Below, piece by piece: positions 35,601 through 49,087 of a stretch of DNA of 64,000 nucleotides (positions are counted from its first letter, which is position 1; every line of letters begins with the position of its first letter). The stretch spans positions 5,394,001 through 5,458,000 of the forward strand of contig OZ286460.1 in NCBI GenBank assembly GCA_965644265.1. Direction: 5' to 3'. A program made the translations under genes and the position numbers. Origin of the DNA: Glycera tridactyla (taxonomy: Eukaryota). Below the pieces are notes generated by a model, which saw nothing but the letters and a program-made list of their open reading frames with translations, was not told the DNA's origin and searched no databases.

Positions 35601-37061
35601 GGGGCAGATCGTCGCGGAATGGCACCATTTCCTGTCTGATGATGATTTGACAGGTCTCACGAAAATCAACCAGAATTGCCAAAAAACATTTCAGAATCAA
35701 TAAATGCCTTGATGGAGTGAAAGCCAGAAGTCTCACAAATTCGGAGATGTATTCATTGTGGAGAAAAATGCCATATTTCCCAAGAAATGAGTGAGTGATC
35801 ATGGAGATGTCAACCACCAACAAGCCTGATCGCTGACAAGCGCCAGAGATATAAGTCAGATGTGGCTTTGTTCACTTGACGCGGAAGAATATTTCCTGCA
35901 ATTTCAACATTCTCATGAGTTTTTCCAACTCACCAGAATCTCTTATCCATCAGTTTACACATATTTGCATCCTTATTCTGCCATGGAAATGGATCAGAGT
36001 AGGTTTCATGGATGGACAATTAAGAGAAACCTAAACAAGAACTGAGTAGTGTGCAGGCTTTTCAGTTTGGGGAACGAAGAAAATGTTGTTCGTTATTTCA
36101 AGTGTGTCAAAAAAGAATGAGAACACCATCCAAGGCATTTGAGAAGCAATATTATAATGAACATTGGAGATGAATATCACTCCACTTTGTTATGGAATGT
36201 CTCATCAAACCATCTGATGGGGCAGAGAAAATACTGATTTTATTTTGAGTGTGTCAAAAAGAAATGGAAACCTCATTAACATTATGGAACGTCAGTTGCA
36301 ACAGTACACATACTGTCATTCAGGCAAAACTTGTCAAAACGGGATTGAAGTTGTCAAACTGCCGATATTTTGTGAAGAAACACTGGCTCTGTGAAAAATA
36401 CTGATCGCACGGGAAAAATACGATATCGTATCGAAAGCTTGGAAGTTGCCTGTCAATCTGGTATAAGTATCATGATATAATGTCCATTACTGAGCGAGGA
36501 TTAGGCCAAAATAAGGCGAGATAACCGGGAAAATCATTGCGGAACGGCGCCATTTTGTGCCCGATGATGATTTGACAGGTCTCACAGAGATTGATCAGAA
36601 GTGCCGAAAAAACGTTTTTAGATCAATAAATACCTGATTGTGAGGATGTGTTTATTGTGGCATAGTATACCACTTTATGGAATGCCACTCATAAATCATC
36701 TTTGTCCAAGTTACAAATATCATATCCCCATATGTGTTTTCCTACCCATAAGAACCTCTTATCTATTGATTTTGGACATATTTGGATCTTTCTTCTGCCC
36801 TAAAAGTAGCTTGGAGTTGGTTTAATGAATGAACAGTAAAGAACTCAGACGTGATAGCAGGGGAACAGCACCACTCAAGAAGGAGGGTGTCCTCCAAAGC
36901 AACAGCGAGGTGAAGACTGGCATACTGAATGAGCGGTTTTGATCTATAGGGATACTGTACTTACTGGGAAGAAGAAGAAGGAGAGCATAAAGTTCAAACT
37001 GTCAAAGGATCTGCTGTTTAATTCATAGGACAAAGAGAACGTTTTCCTCTACCGGCGCTGT

Positions 37062-37423
37062 ACCCACTAGAGGCCCTCAAGCTACCTACACTCATGTATC
37101 GACGAAAATGGGCCGACATGATTCAGACGTACAAGCTTGTCAATGAGATCGACCATCTCCAGACCGACACTAGATGCAACACCTGTACAGATGAGCAGAT
37201 GTTCCAGACATCTCTCAGCAAGACTACAAGAGGCAATGACAAAACACTGCAAGACCAGCAAGCGACAGGTCCAGGATCCAACTTCTCCACCAGAATCACC
37301 TCGGACTGGAATTCCCTAAAGTCAGACACCGCCCATGCACCATCCGTCAACAGTTTTAAAGCCAGACTAAGAAGCGACTGGTCGGGGCTTCACAACCCCG
37401 ACCAGTACAGATTCAGCTATTGA
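37062..37423 (+). pseudogene. 3' fragment of a CR1-type ORF2
   Basis: LEALKLPTLMYRRKWADMIQTYK ... TTRGNDKTL ... RITSDWNSL ... APSVNSFKARL, typical CR1 C-terminal motifs. Confidence 0.8.
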
Positions 37424-39376
37424 AGAACTAAGGACGCAAACAGATCTCTGCCGGTCTCAATACTCTTTAGGGTACATATTGACCGTGTACCGGGTGAGAT
37501 ACGAGGTGAGATATTTGGATTTATATTCTGCCCTGAAAATGGATTGGAGTAGGTTTAATAGATGCCAAATCAAGAGAAACTATAACAAGAAGTGAGTAGT
37601 GTGTGGAGTTGGGAGTTGTCAAAGGAGCTGGAGTAAGAATGCAGGCTGTTCAGTTTGTGGAATAAAAAAAACATAATCCTTCCTTTCAAGTGTGGCAAAA
37701 AAGAATAGGAACACCATCTGAGGCATTTCAGGAACAATATCATAATCAACATTGGAGATGAGTATCACTTTTTCATGGAATGTGCCTTACCAGAACATCT
37801 CTGCCTCAGGAGATGAGTATCACTTTTTCATGGAATGTGCCTTACCAGAACATCTCTGCCTCAAAGTACCAAACACATTTTCTTGTGTTTTGCCACACAG
37901 TTGAAACTCTTATCTGTCTTTTATAGATACATTGGGATCGTTATCCTGTCCTAAAATTAGCTTGGAGTAGGTTTTATGGATGTGCAATTCAAGAGAGAAC
38001 GTGATAAAAACTGAACAGAGTTTAGAGTTAGAGTTGTCAAAGGATCTGAAGTGAGAATGCAGGCTGATCAGTTTGGGAAACAAAGGTAACATTGTATTTT
38101 ATTCAGAGTGTGTCATAGAAGAATCGGAACACCATCTGAGGAGCAGGTATCATATTCGGCTTTGGAGATGAATACGACTCTATCATATGTCCTTCATCAA
38201 ACCATCTGATTTGACAGCATTCAAAAAGGTCAGCCAGAATTGCCAAAAACGTCTTAGAATCAATAAATACTTCAATGGGGTGAAAGCCAACAGTCTTATG
38301 AATATGTAGATGAATCCATTGAGAGGGAATATACCTAATTCCACTGTGGTGATCAAGTGATCATGGAGCTACCGCAGCTCCTAACATGTGTGATAGTTGA
38401 CAGCTCTTAACAAAGCATCAGAAATCAACATTCCCACATGTTTTCCATCACCTATAACCTCTTATCTCTAAATTTCGAACATGTTGGGATTGTCATTCTG
38501 TGCTAAAGATAGCTTGAGGTTGGAGGTTTTACAGATGAGCAGTTTGAGATAAATCGCCGCAAGAACTGGATATTGTATCAAGTTTGAGTTGTCAAAGGAT
38601 CTGAAGACTGCAGGCTATTCAGTTTTGGGAACTACGTACATCTTCATCATAAATATGTCTGAAAGAATGGGAACCCCATCTGAGGAGCAATATCATGATT
38701 GGCATTGAAGATAAATACCACTTCATTATGGAATGTCCCTTATCAAACCATCTCTGCCCCAAGTTACAAACATCATATACCTCAGGGAACCCAACCTTCC
38801 ACATAATAGATATGTGGGACTAAATCAAAGAGAAATTTGCAGAAGCAAAAGCCATGATTCATGTGAATAGGCATGAAGAGGAGATCTATTTTCAAGAGTT
38901 ATGGACTATATAGATGAGTTTCAGAAGGACCTCAGAGAAATTGGCAATGCTGATGAAATTTCACTGGATGTAGATATCTCTGTGCATAAGCCTATAAGAG
39001 ATTTCCAATGCATCCTTGGTAAGCATTTACCAATGGTAAGAACTAAATGATGACATGTAAATATGCCAACCAATCAGCGAATTCAATGAATAAGAACGAT
39101 GATAAGTAAGAATGCAGGCTGATCAGTTTGGAGAACAGAGTAAACATTGTTCTTGATTTCAAGTGTGTCAAAAAAGAAACAGGGGAACACCATCTGAGCA
39201 GCAGGTTTCATAGATGGCTTTGGAGATGAATATCACTTATCATGGAATGTCCCTCATCAAACCATCTGATTTGACAGCATTCAAAAAGATTGGCTTGGAG
39301 TGCCAAAAACGTCTTAGAATCAATAAATACTTTAATGGGATGAAAGCCAGCAGTCTCATGAATATGTAGATGTATC

Positions 39377-39772
39377 CAAAAGGCCTTTGACAAGGTCCCT
39401 CACCAACGACTGATAAGGAAGCTATCTGGTTATGGTATTACAGATCAATTGCTAAAATGGACCAGCTCCTTCCTTGCCAACAGACAACAACATGTACTTG
39501 TCAACAACGAGCCCTCAAACTGGAGTCCAGTACTTAGTGGGATACCACAGGGGAGAGTCCTTGGCCCTGTACTATTTGTCATCTTTATCAACTACTTGCT
39601 GGATTGCGTACACCCCATGATACAAATGTTTGCTGATGAGACAAAGCTTTTCCATATCATCAAGCAACACTGACTACACAGAGCTACAAGAAGATCTGGA
39701 CAACCTCGAAGCATGGTCATCTAAATTGCAACTGCGTTTCAATGCTTTGAAGTGTAAAACCATGCTCAATGG
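39377..39772 (+). pseudogene. Degraded CR1-type RT fragment
   Basis: KAFDKVPHQRL ... SGIPQGRVLGPVLFVIFIN ... MFADETKL, with a frameshift and stop. Confidence 0.85.
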
Positions 39773-39929
39773 TAGTGAACCATATATACCAACCAATCAG
39801 TGGCTGAATGCCGTAGAAAATACTCCTGACAAACATCTAAGAAGCGCCAAAACCCCATAAGATTCAATAAATAAGAATGATAATAAGTGAGAATGCAGGC
39901 TGATCAGTTCTGGGAACAAAGTAAACAAT

Positions 39930-40180
39930 AGGCGATATTATCGAGGCCTACAAGTTCCTCACTGGTAAATACAAGTGTGAGATGCCCCTAGGACTTGACT
40001 ATGACGAGCGGACAATAGGCAATAGTCTAAAATTGAAGAAGCAGAATGCATGACTCATTAGGGCAAAACTACTTCAGACACAGAATCGTCAACCTATGGA
40101 CTAGCCTCCCTGAAGAAATCATATCTGCCCCCTCTGTCAACAGTTTCACGGCAAGACTGGACAAGCACTGCAGGGTGTTC
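39930..40180 (+). pseudogene. Degraded CR1-type ORF2 3' fragment
   Basis: GDIIEAYKFL ... GNSLKLKK ... HRIVNLWTSLPEEIISAPSVNSFTARLDKH. Confidence 0.75.
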
Positions 40181-40474
40181 AGTTGCAGCTAACAATCGCT
40201 AACGTTTTGTAACCGAAACAGGGTTCCCACTCCTTTTTGACATACTTGAGATAGAGAATATTTGATAGGGGAATTGGCGAACGTTTTCTTTGTTAGCTCA
40301 ACTGAACAGCCTGCCGGTCTCATCTCAGCTTCATCCAGGAAAAAGTGACAGTACAGGGAACGCAACCTGAGGAGCACAGGGAACACAATTTGAGGAGCAG
40401 TCTTATAATTGTCTTTGGTGATGAAAACCACTTTCTAATGGAATGCTACCCATCAAACTATATGTGATTTGACA

Positions 40475-40940
40475 CCAGGCCTATCAGTCTCACCTGCATT
40501 TCATCCAAACTCATAGAGCACATTGCCACCTGCAATGTTATGAAGCATGCCAAGAATGGTTTCAGGGAAACACGCTGCTGCGAGACTCAACTTCTAGAAT
40601 TTCTTCATGATGCCATCACCAACTTGCAAAACACGCTCCAGACTGATGTCTGCGTTTCAAAACCTTTGGATAAGGTTGGAAACAAAAGACTTACAAAAGC
40701 TCATGTGGTATGGTATCCATGGCGGGACTAACGAATGGATAGAGTATTTCCTCTTTGACAGACAGCAGGCAGCTGTGTTCAAACGGTTCAAGTCATCCAA
40801 TAAGCATGTCCTATCTGGTGTACCACAAGGGTCAGTCCTCGGGCCCTGCCTGTTTCTTCTCTAGAACAATGATTATGCACAGGACATGCACTCCACCACC
40901 TGACTGTTCGCTGATGACACCATGATATATCTAGCCTCAC
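40475..40940 (+). pseudogene. Degraded LINE RT fragment
   Basis: RPISLTCISSKLIEHI, GFRETRCCETQL, SGVPQGSVLGPCLFL and LFADDTMIY, with indels and stops. Confidence 0.8.
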
Positions 40941-42163
40941 AAACACCACCCAGAAAAAAAATTGTCAGTTAACTGCTCAAAAACAAGAAATTGAGACTGG
41001 CGAATACACTCACACCATCTGAGGAACAATATCACCCATCTTGCACAAATGTCTGGAGATGAATACCATTCTATTGTGGAATGTCCCTTATCAAACCATA
41101 AGCATGTGAATCGATTTCAATCTCACAAATATAGTATCTCAACAATATTTTATACATGCACATATGTTTTCAACATATTTCAAGTTGATTATGCCATGAA
41201 CAAATACATCGGAATGGAGAGTGTATCTTCGATGATTGTGACATTCATTACGTAACATCTCTGTGAACACCAGTTTTCAGCCCCTGAAATGTAGCCCTCA
41301 AATTGATCTAAAATCCTTCATTTTTTAAGTGATCATTGAACAAGAAATGCATTTTCCAACCATCATCGACTCATTTTGTCATCCGCCAGGATTGTCGCAC
41401 CTCTGTTTCTGTCAACTCTGTGCCTTTATAGACAGGTGGTTTTTATAGAGAGGTGGTCTCTCGAGGTGGTTTGACTGTAATCATTAGTCTTGGTTGCTAC
41501 TAGTGAAGAGACAAGGATGGACAGGGATTTTTTTTCAGGTATTTGACATGGTCAAATATACCTGCGACAAGAGACCACCCAACAAGAGACCATTTCTGGT
41601 GAAAAACTTTCTCAGGGGAGCTCTTTAATTTGACAGACCATTTCTTTTCAGATTGCATTTTGATGACATTTAAGGCAGTTTCTCATCACAGGCTTCCCTG
41701 TACTTGTACCAAACATGCACAGTGGCATTGCCAATAACGAAACTTCAGCTTTGAGCAATGCCTGAACTACGTCCCCGTGAATGGATCTTATTCCCGGAGG
41801 AATCCAGTTGGTCACCTCATTAAAATGGTACTTCCTGATAACCGGTCCCTGCGGTCCCTGCGGCCCTCGCTCCTTGTTGTTCGACGAAGGCACTATTCTG
41901 CTCTACCGTGTTCAATCCTTGCCGCTAACTCCGAACACGCTGCTCACCGTACACCTGAGTGCCAGCACAACTCTCTACACAATATATTCAGCCAGTAAAT
42001 TCAAAACTTTTATAAGTCTCCTCATGTTTCAGAAGCCAGTGCCCATTTCGCAGTTAGCCATTTGCTGTGAGCATTTACTTCTGGTGATTGCCAAGGTTTG
42101 GCGAGTCCTCCTAATACCATACTCTGCTGGACAGACATGTATGACCATTCCCCCATCCCGGCA

Positions 42164-42230
<67 letters not shown>

Positions 42231-42412
42231 ACACCATGAAGCCAACAAAAATGCTTATTCACCAACGATATCCCTTATACGTTAGTTCAAAATATAATTA
42301 CAACAGCAGGAATTTGAACCACCTGCTATTCCATGTGGCAATGCAAACCTTTGCTGCGGGAAAATAGAAATGATGCCAATTTTCAGGAGTACTCATGGCA
42401 AAAAATGTTGTA

Positions 42413-42589
42413 TAGTGAAACCTGTAGTGAGAGACTGCGGTGAATTTCACCAACAAGTGGTGTTTTAGAAGAGATGGTTTCTTGCGGGAGGTTTATTTGA
42501 CTATGTCAAATGGAAGAGCTGCCCTGAAAAAGTGGTCTCTCTTGGGAGAGGGTCTTTCATCAGGGGGTCTCTCATTGCAGATTTCACTT
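42413..42589. mobile_element. CAGT...ACTG family MITE (GAGA variant)
   Basis: TAGTGAAACCTG ... CAGATTTCAC; its interior matches the copies at 57156 and 60618. Confidence 0.65.
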
Positions 42590-45500
42590 TACAGCTGTAT
42601 GCAAAAACTCAGATCAGTGACTCATATCAAAGGAGTAGGCACATGATTACAGGCAAACACGAATAAAGGCGGCAACCTTGGCCAAGGATGATGAAAAAAA
42701 CTCAACAATCTGATCACACGCAATGGCAACAGCAGAGACACCAACAAGCTAAGATTTTTGATGGATTCCTGAAAAGCTTCTCCAACAAATTCACTCATTG
42801 TGAGTTCAGTGAAATATTCCAAACTACAACAATACATTCATCATGTTATGAATATTCCTCGACAATCGTCAGCAATCCCAATATGGATGCCTCTGTGATG
42901 ATGCATTAGCCTCACTTTGATATACAGAGACCAATCATTAGAATCGCTTTGATGATTCGCTCACTAATTGCCTTTTGTTTGAAGCATTGTGATACCTGAT
43001 GTAACATAAAAATCTGCACAATGTCGTCAGATAAATGTCGAGCAGTTATCCTGTGCTGAAGATGCCTGATAATTTGTCCCGCCAGTCCGCAATGCAAAGT
43101 CTGATATCATGATATTGCACCCACCTCCAAGCGAAGCTCGGGAGTCGGTATGGCAAAAGTTAGTGGGTCAATCGAAAAAAAATTATCAGATATTTGTTGC
43201 CTCACATAGTTTCTGGAATGATGGATTTTTTGGAGAGAGAGAGGGGGGGGGGAAGGGCAGGAGAGAGGGAGAGAAAGAGGNNNNNNNNNNNNNNNNNNNN
43301 NNNNNNNNNNNNNNNNNNNNNNNNNNNNNNNNNNNNNNNNNNNNNNNNNNNNNNNNNNNNNNNNNNNNNNNNNNNNNNNNNNNNNNNNNNNNNNNNNNNN
43401 NNNNNNNNNNNNNNNNNNNNNNNNNNNNNNNNNNNNNNNNNNNNNNNNNNNNNNNNNNNNNNNNNNNNNNNNNNNNNNNNNNNNNNNNNNNNNNNNNNTT
43501 GGCCCTGACGACCCATCCATAAGTCACAACCATCATCCATTTCGTCCAATCATAGGGGAATAGCACCATCGCCTGACAGACACAGCTCCATCACCCCGGG
43601 GCGGGCATCTTTACCCCACTATCTTCATCATAAGCAATCTTTCTGAAGAGAAAGCAAGATATGAAAACATGTACAGTAGGTGGAAAAGCAGTGATGAATA
43701 GGTTGGTCCTGAATCTCGTTTTAGAAGTCGTGAAGGTGATTAATGAGGGAATTATACAGTGACAAGGTGGTGTGGGCAAAGCCATGATTTAAAAGTTCAT
43801 GTAGGCATGTTTATTGAACATGATGTTGTCATTACATAGTTTTCAAAGAGACATTACAACAATGGACATGCAATTGCTGATTATGATGTAGAAGAGCGTT
43901 TGTAATTGTGCACATCATCAAATAAGGCATAATTCAACTAGAAATGGACTTTGATGTTTACATTCCGATTGTGTATTATGAAACATGATTCTATTCTAGT
44001 GAAACATGCCATGTAGGGCTCTAAATTAATTTTATTCTTTAGCTGTCCTTGGGGCAGGTAGAACCAGATTTTCACCTGGCCTCCCCAATATTTTCACCTG
44101 CCTTCTTGCCTATCATCATAGATTATACATAATAGTTGAGTACCTACGGTACTCGGTGGGCAAGTAGATTGATAAATTTACCTGCCCTGACACCAAATCT
44201 GCATTTTCGTGCCAGTAGGGCAGGCCTTCATCAAAGATCCCTGTCATACCTCATTATGTTTAAGTTTTACATTCAAAGATCTGTTGGTGTCATGTTAGCA
44301 TCTTGTATGACCTAGTGTCTTATGCTCCATAATAAATAATTTCAAATGAAACCTTAATCTGCAAATCATGTTTAAGGTTTTCATGGTTTTTATAGCATTT
44401 TCAACAGTGATACAAGCCTGGGTTACAGAGATGTTAAGCCCTACTCAATCAATCAACAGTGATATACAAGCCAGCCATTATGAGGACGTCAACCCTCTGA
44501 TATGTTGCTGTCAGTTTGGATAATACCAGATAGTTGGCTCTAACTCCACATGTCACGAGTAACACAGCTGTAATATAAGGCGGGGCCCCTCAACATCCTG
44601 CACACACTGGAACTACTGGACAGCGCATACATGTTCTCTGATGGACGAGCGATTTACTCAAATCTCCCTCACATCATCCTGGCCATTCCGCTGCTTCGAT
44701 CACTGAAGTGATGAACTTCTCGTCAGTCAGGTACAATCAACCTGTACCAAGTCAAACCAGGACAGTGGGAGCTGCAATGAGGGACTGCCCCAAATGTCAC
44801 CCAAAAGTGGTACATCAGAGAAGGTGGTCTCTCGTTGGCGGTATATCTGACTGTGTCAAATAGAAAAGCTGCCCTTCGTTTGCTATCAAACGCGGTTTCT
44901 CTTCAAGGGGTCTCTCGTCGCTGGGTTCACTGTATTAAGCAGCTTTCCTTGGAAAGTCTAAAAGTGGTTGCAAGGTCCAGTGGTTTCTTAATACAGGTAC
45001 CACTTTGATTCATAAATAAAGTGGAACCTCTATTGAGAATCACTCTGAGGAGAGACCACCTGTTTTGAGAGACCACTTTTTTGAAGCCTCTTCTCCGCCT
45101 AATATAGTCAAATTTAGCTCAGATGAAACCAACTAATTCTTTTCCTAGTTTCGAGCGCTGTGCTTTGCTCAAAATGAAAGCATTGCCCTCAGGCTCAAGC
45201 GTCAGTTTCCAGCCAGTTACATACTTAGATATGACATCTTTTTATTCTACATGTTTCATCAAAACTGTCAGGTACTTCCACTGACAACCTTTCAGGCTCC
45301 CTATCATCTTGTGTTTGGGGTTTGTGTAAGTGATGTCTGTAGGGGAGAGAACATCCGGCATCCATTGGCTAGAAACACATTGCATACATAATGCCATCAA
45401 GTCTCAATGAAACCAAATTGGCTGTTTCTTGAGAGAGACTTAACGACCTCCAACCTTCATAGATCTATGAGGAACACACAGGATACTGCCGTCAAGCTCC

Positions 45501-45612
45501 AAACTATCAATCAATCAAGCATATGAAAGTCCCAAGGACACAGCTTCTCCTCAGTTAGTGAGGCTGAGTTTGTGGGGCCTGCATGATGGAAGAGCTCACC
45601 ATGAGGTGGGTA

Positions 45613-45814
45613 CAGTGAAACCTCTATTGAGAGACTACCCTCTTTTGAGAGACTGCCCTCTTTTGAGAGACTGCCCTCTTTTGAGAGACAGCCCTCTTTC
45701 CATCAGTTCATTTCTATTTGGCATAGTCAAATATACATCCAATGAGAGACCACCTCTCTTGAGAGACTGCATGTGGTTGGCATTTAAGTTGGTCTCCTGA
45801 GAGAGGTTTCACCG
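45613..45814. mobile_element. CAGT MITE with internal 18 bp tandem amplification
   Basis: TA|CAGTGAAACCT ... AGGTTTCACCG|TA, with about four GAGACTRCCCTCTTTTGA units at about 45630-45700. Confidence 0.8.
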
Positions 45815-48800
45815 TATCTATGACTGACAAACCACTGAATGATGGATAGAAGAATCAATTCAGAAAAATGCACAGAAAAGTGAAAGATCAGGCAATAAGT
45901 CCAATAACAAGGGAGACACGAGCTTCGTGATCTCAAAATATCTCGTCCCTCCGAAATATCTCGTCCGTCCGATCCAAATGTAGAGATGATATCATTATCT
46001 CTGGATATGTGACGCTGATTCATCAGATCAGACAGGGTATCATTTTACAAATTGAGATCTAATCAGATTGTCATGCCACGGATAAAACCATACATCCACT
46101 TAATCTGCAAAGTGGGGAACAGCCTCACTCAGTCGACTCAATGCTGTCATAATACGGTGAAATTTGCCACGATAGACCCCCTGATGGAAGGCCACAACCG
46201 ATGGGGACCACTTTATCAAGGCAGCTTTCTTATCCAAATATGTCAAATATACCTCTTTTGAAAGACCACCTCTGTTGGGAGACCACTTTTCGGTGACATT
46301 TAGGGTGGTCCCTCCTCGCAGGTTTTATTGTAAACAATTCCAGCAGAAATCTGATGGCTGAACCAGGGTGAGGCAAAGCACATACATCCTGTGATGAGAG
46401 ACCTCCTCATGAGAGACCACCTCCGATGGAAGTCCACTTTTTCAGGACAGCATTCAAATAAACCCAGACTCCAGAAATTTTGTCCCACAAGACATGTTGC
46501 TTAATGGTGTGATGAAGTATGACAAGTAAAGTTCATTTATCCTCCTAACAAATGTAAATTGTGCAATTAACTTGAACCGATCCATCTCCCTTACAAACTG
46601 GTAAAAGGTGTAATGCATGTATCACCGAGGTCATTTACGAAGTCATTTACGCCACCTGTTGTATGTGTAATACAACATGAATCAGACACTGATCAACAGA
46701 TAGGATATATTACACAGAGCTTGACTTCTGGTGGACCCGGCCCCGTGGTCCACATTTTTGCCTTTTTTGCCCTTTGATCTGACCTATCATGGGTATACTG
46801 GCCCAGCTTTTTTCTTGTTTTCAACCATTGATAAATGGTGGATGGCCCATCATTTTGAGTTATGGCCCATGGCATTTCCAATGGGCCCACTGACCTGTCA
46901 GAAAATTGGGAGGTCTGTACTACATAGGCAAAAAATTATTGTAANNNNNNNNNNNNNNNNNNNNNNNNNNNNNNNNNNNNNNNNNNNNNNNNNNNNNNNN
47001 NNNNNNNNNNNNNNNNNNNNNNNNNNNNNNNNNNNNNNNNNNNNNNNNNNNNNNNNNNNNNNNNNNNNNNNNNNNNNNNNNNNNNNNNNNNNNNNNNNNN
47101 NNNNNNNNNNNNNNNNNNNNNNNNNNNNNNNNNNNNNNNNNNNNNNNNNNNNNNNNNNNNNNNNNNNNNNNNNNNNNNNNNNNNNNNNNNNNNCACAGTG
47201 AGGGCCCTATCTGCTGTTATCAATTCCCGTGTCTGCTCTCCTATCTGACTGCAATTTCCAGCCGGGGTTTCCTCATAATGGTTTTTATGAGATGCAAGTC
47301 AGGAGTCATCAGCAGATGTGAAGCAATTTCCCGCCCCATATGCCACTGTAAATAAATGTAATACACTGGGTGCTGGTACATGCCCCATATGCCACTGTAA
47401 ATAAAGGTGATAGACTGGGTGCTTATACGTCTATGACAGATACAATGGATGTGATTTTCTATCTTCATATGATATGTAGTTATTGGGGAAACCCAACCAA
47501 CAGAAGTAGATGGGAATAAGTGATTGTTGACACTTGTTATGACAACTTCACTAGGCTACAATTTTAATAGTGTTCCTCCTTCCAAACATTGGTAGAGTCC
47601 TACAATTCTAATGATCATACCTTTTCCAAGTACTGCACTTCGTTCCAAAATGAGAGGACAGCTTTCAGGCTCGGGTGTCAGCTCCCAGTAAACTCCATGC
47701 AGTTGAACCTGCTCTAAAGACCACCTCTCTATAGAGACCACACTAAGCAACATATCTAAATATGCCATCTCCAGGTTTGTCATGTTCATGTTAGACAGGC
47801 AGTGGTGTGTCTGAACTGCCAATTACATCCACTTGGCGACCCCTCTGTTTTCCCAAATAGCATCCATAATCTTCTGGGTTGACACATCAACTCAAGTGAA
47901 CCAGTCAATTTTGTGTTCAAACTTTGTGATAATGTCTGCTGGTGATATACTCGTACTAAAATGATCAAGCATCCGGGGAACCCCAAATTACTATTCCCTT
48001 GATGTATCATGTGAGTTCTGAAATGGATAAATGGCTACCAGAATGGCAACTTATATCAAAAAGCCATCTCATTCACACACCCAAATTCGACTCAAATTCT
48101 ACGCAAGTTTCACATTCCAATCCCAGAACAAGGCTACCAGGGTCATAGGCTCCGCCCATCCTTGTACACTTTCGACACCTGAAAGCTGAAAGCGAGGCAT
48201 GCCTTAAGTTCTAGGCCAAGATTCCAAGCATCTTAAGCAAAACATCTACTTGGCTTTCCACAAATATCCCTCAGATGTACAGGTCCGAAAACAGTAAACA
48301 ACATCCGAGAGCACAGTTTTATAATCTCAGATCATAGAAGTGCATGAAAACTGTCAGACCCTCTCCCATCTCCTGGAGCTCATCCGACTTGACTGGTGAG
48401 GCCTCATCTACTGAGAGTGCCAGGAAAATGTCAGGTGTGCCTCAAAATGCATCAATGCCCTCAGAGGGCCAAGCATCGAGCTTCCACAGATTGAACACAT
48501 GGCATGCATGACCTTGTCATTTGATACATACTTTTGACCTTCAATGAATAAATGAATGAATGGATGGATCAATCAATCAATCAATCAATCAATCAGTTCA
48601 CATGAATGAGAATATAACAAACCATCTCCAAGAGTAGAGTCAAACCTGTTCTCGAAACCACCTCCATACAAAGGGCACCTACTTGAAAAGGCTACCCTCA
48701 GCTCTAACTGTGATACTACATGTATTTTCTAAAGTAATCAACTTTTCCACAAAGGCCACCTGTCCACAAAGACCACTATTTGATGCTACATTGGGAGGTC

Positions 48801-48984
48801 TCGATAGACAGCTTCCACGGACAATGAGGGCCAGCCAGCCTCTCTCAGCACAGCACAGGTTTGGTTCTATATTCCTCACATGGTCATCTTCATTGATCAT
48901 AAAGTGCAACAAATCATAGTATGCCATGGTCACCCAGTCTACAGTATATCACACATGTGTGGTATCAGTTGAAGATTTACTCAC

Positions 48985-49087
48985 CTTGGTGGCCGGCTAA
49001 TTGCACCCATGGATATTTGTTCTTTTTGAAATGTTGAATGAACGGAGACCAGTAGACCATATTCCGTATCTTGCGCCATGAGCTTTG
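48985..49087 (-). CDS. IP3K: Inositol-trisphosphate 3-kinase, first conserved exon seen
   Basis: Encodes [34 protein letters not shown](G), matching the conserved WRKIKNMVHWSPF...YPWIQLAGH segment of animal IP3Ks. Acceptor TTTGCAG, donor GTGAGT. Its phase 1 end joins the 16088 exon in frame across a 32,896 bp intron. Confidence 0.95.

Larger units (their letters stand above)
34265..41260 (+). repeat. Degenerate multi-block tandem mosaic containing LINE-derived fragments
   Basis: Recurring blocks, for example about 34270-34570 versus 36340-36640, and about 38205-38330 versus 39265-39375. Nine copies of an (I)GDEYHFVMECP-encoding segment are present. Confidence 0.7.

Noticed and set aside
41648-41893. 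Minus-strand ORF with RGPQGPQGP (collagen-like)
   Set aside because: Only three Gly-X-Y triplets arising from a 9 bp duplication, with no convincing splice sites or domain.
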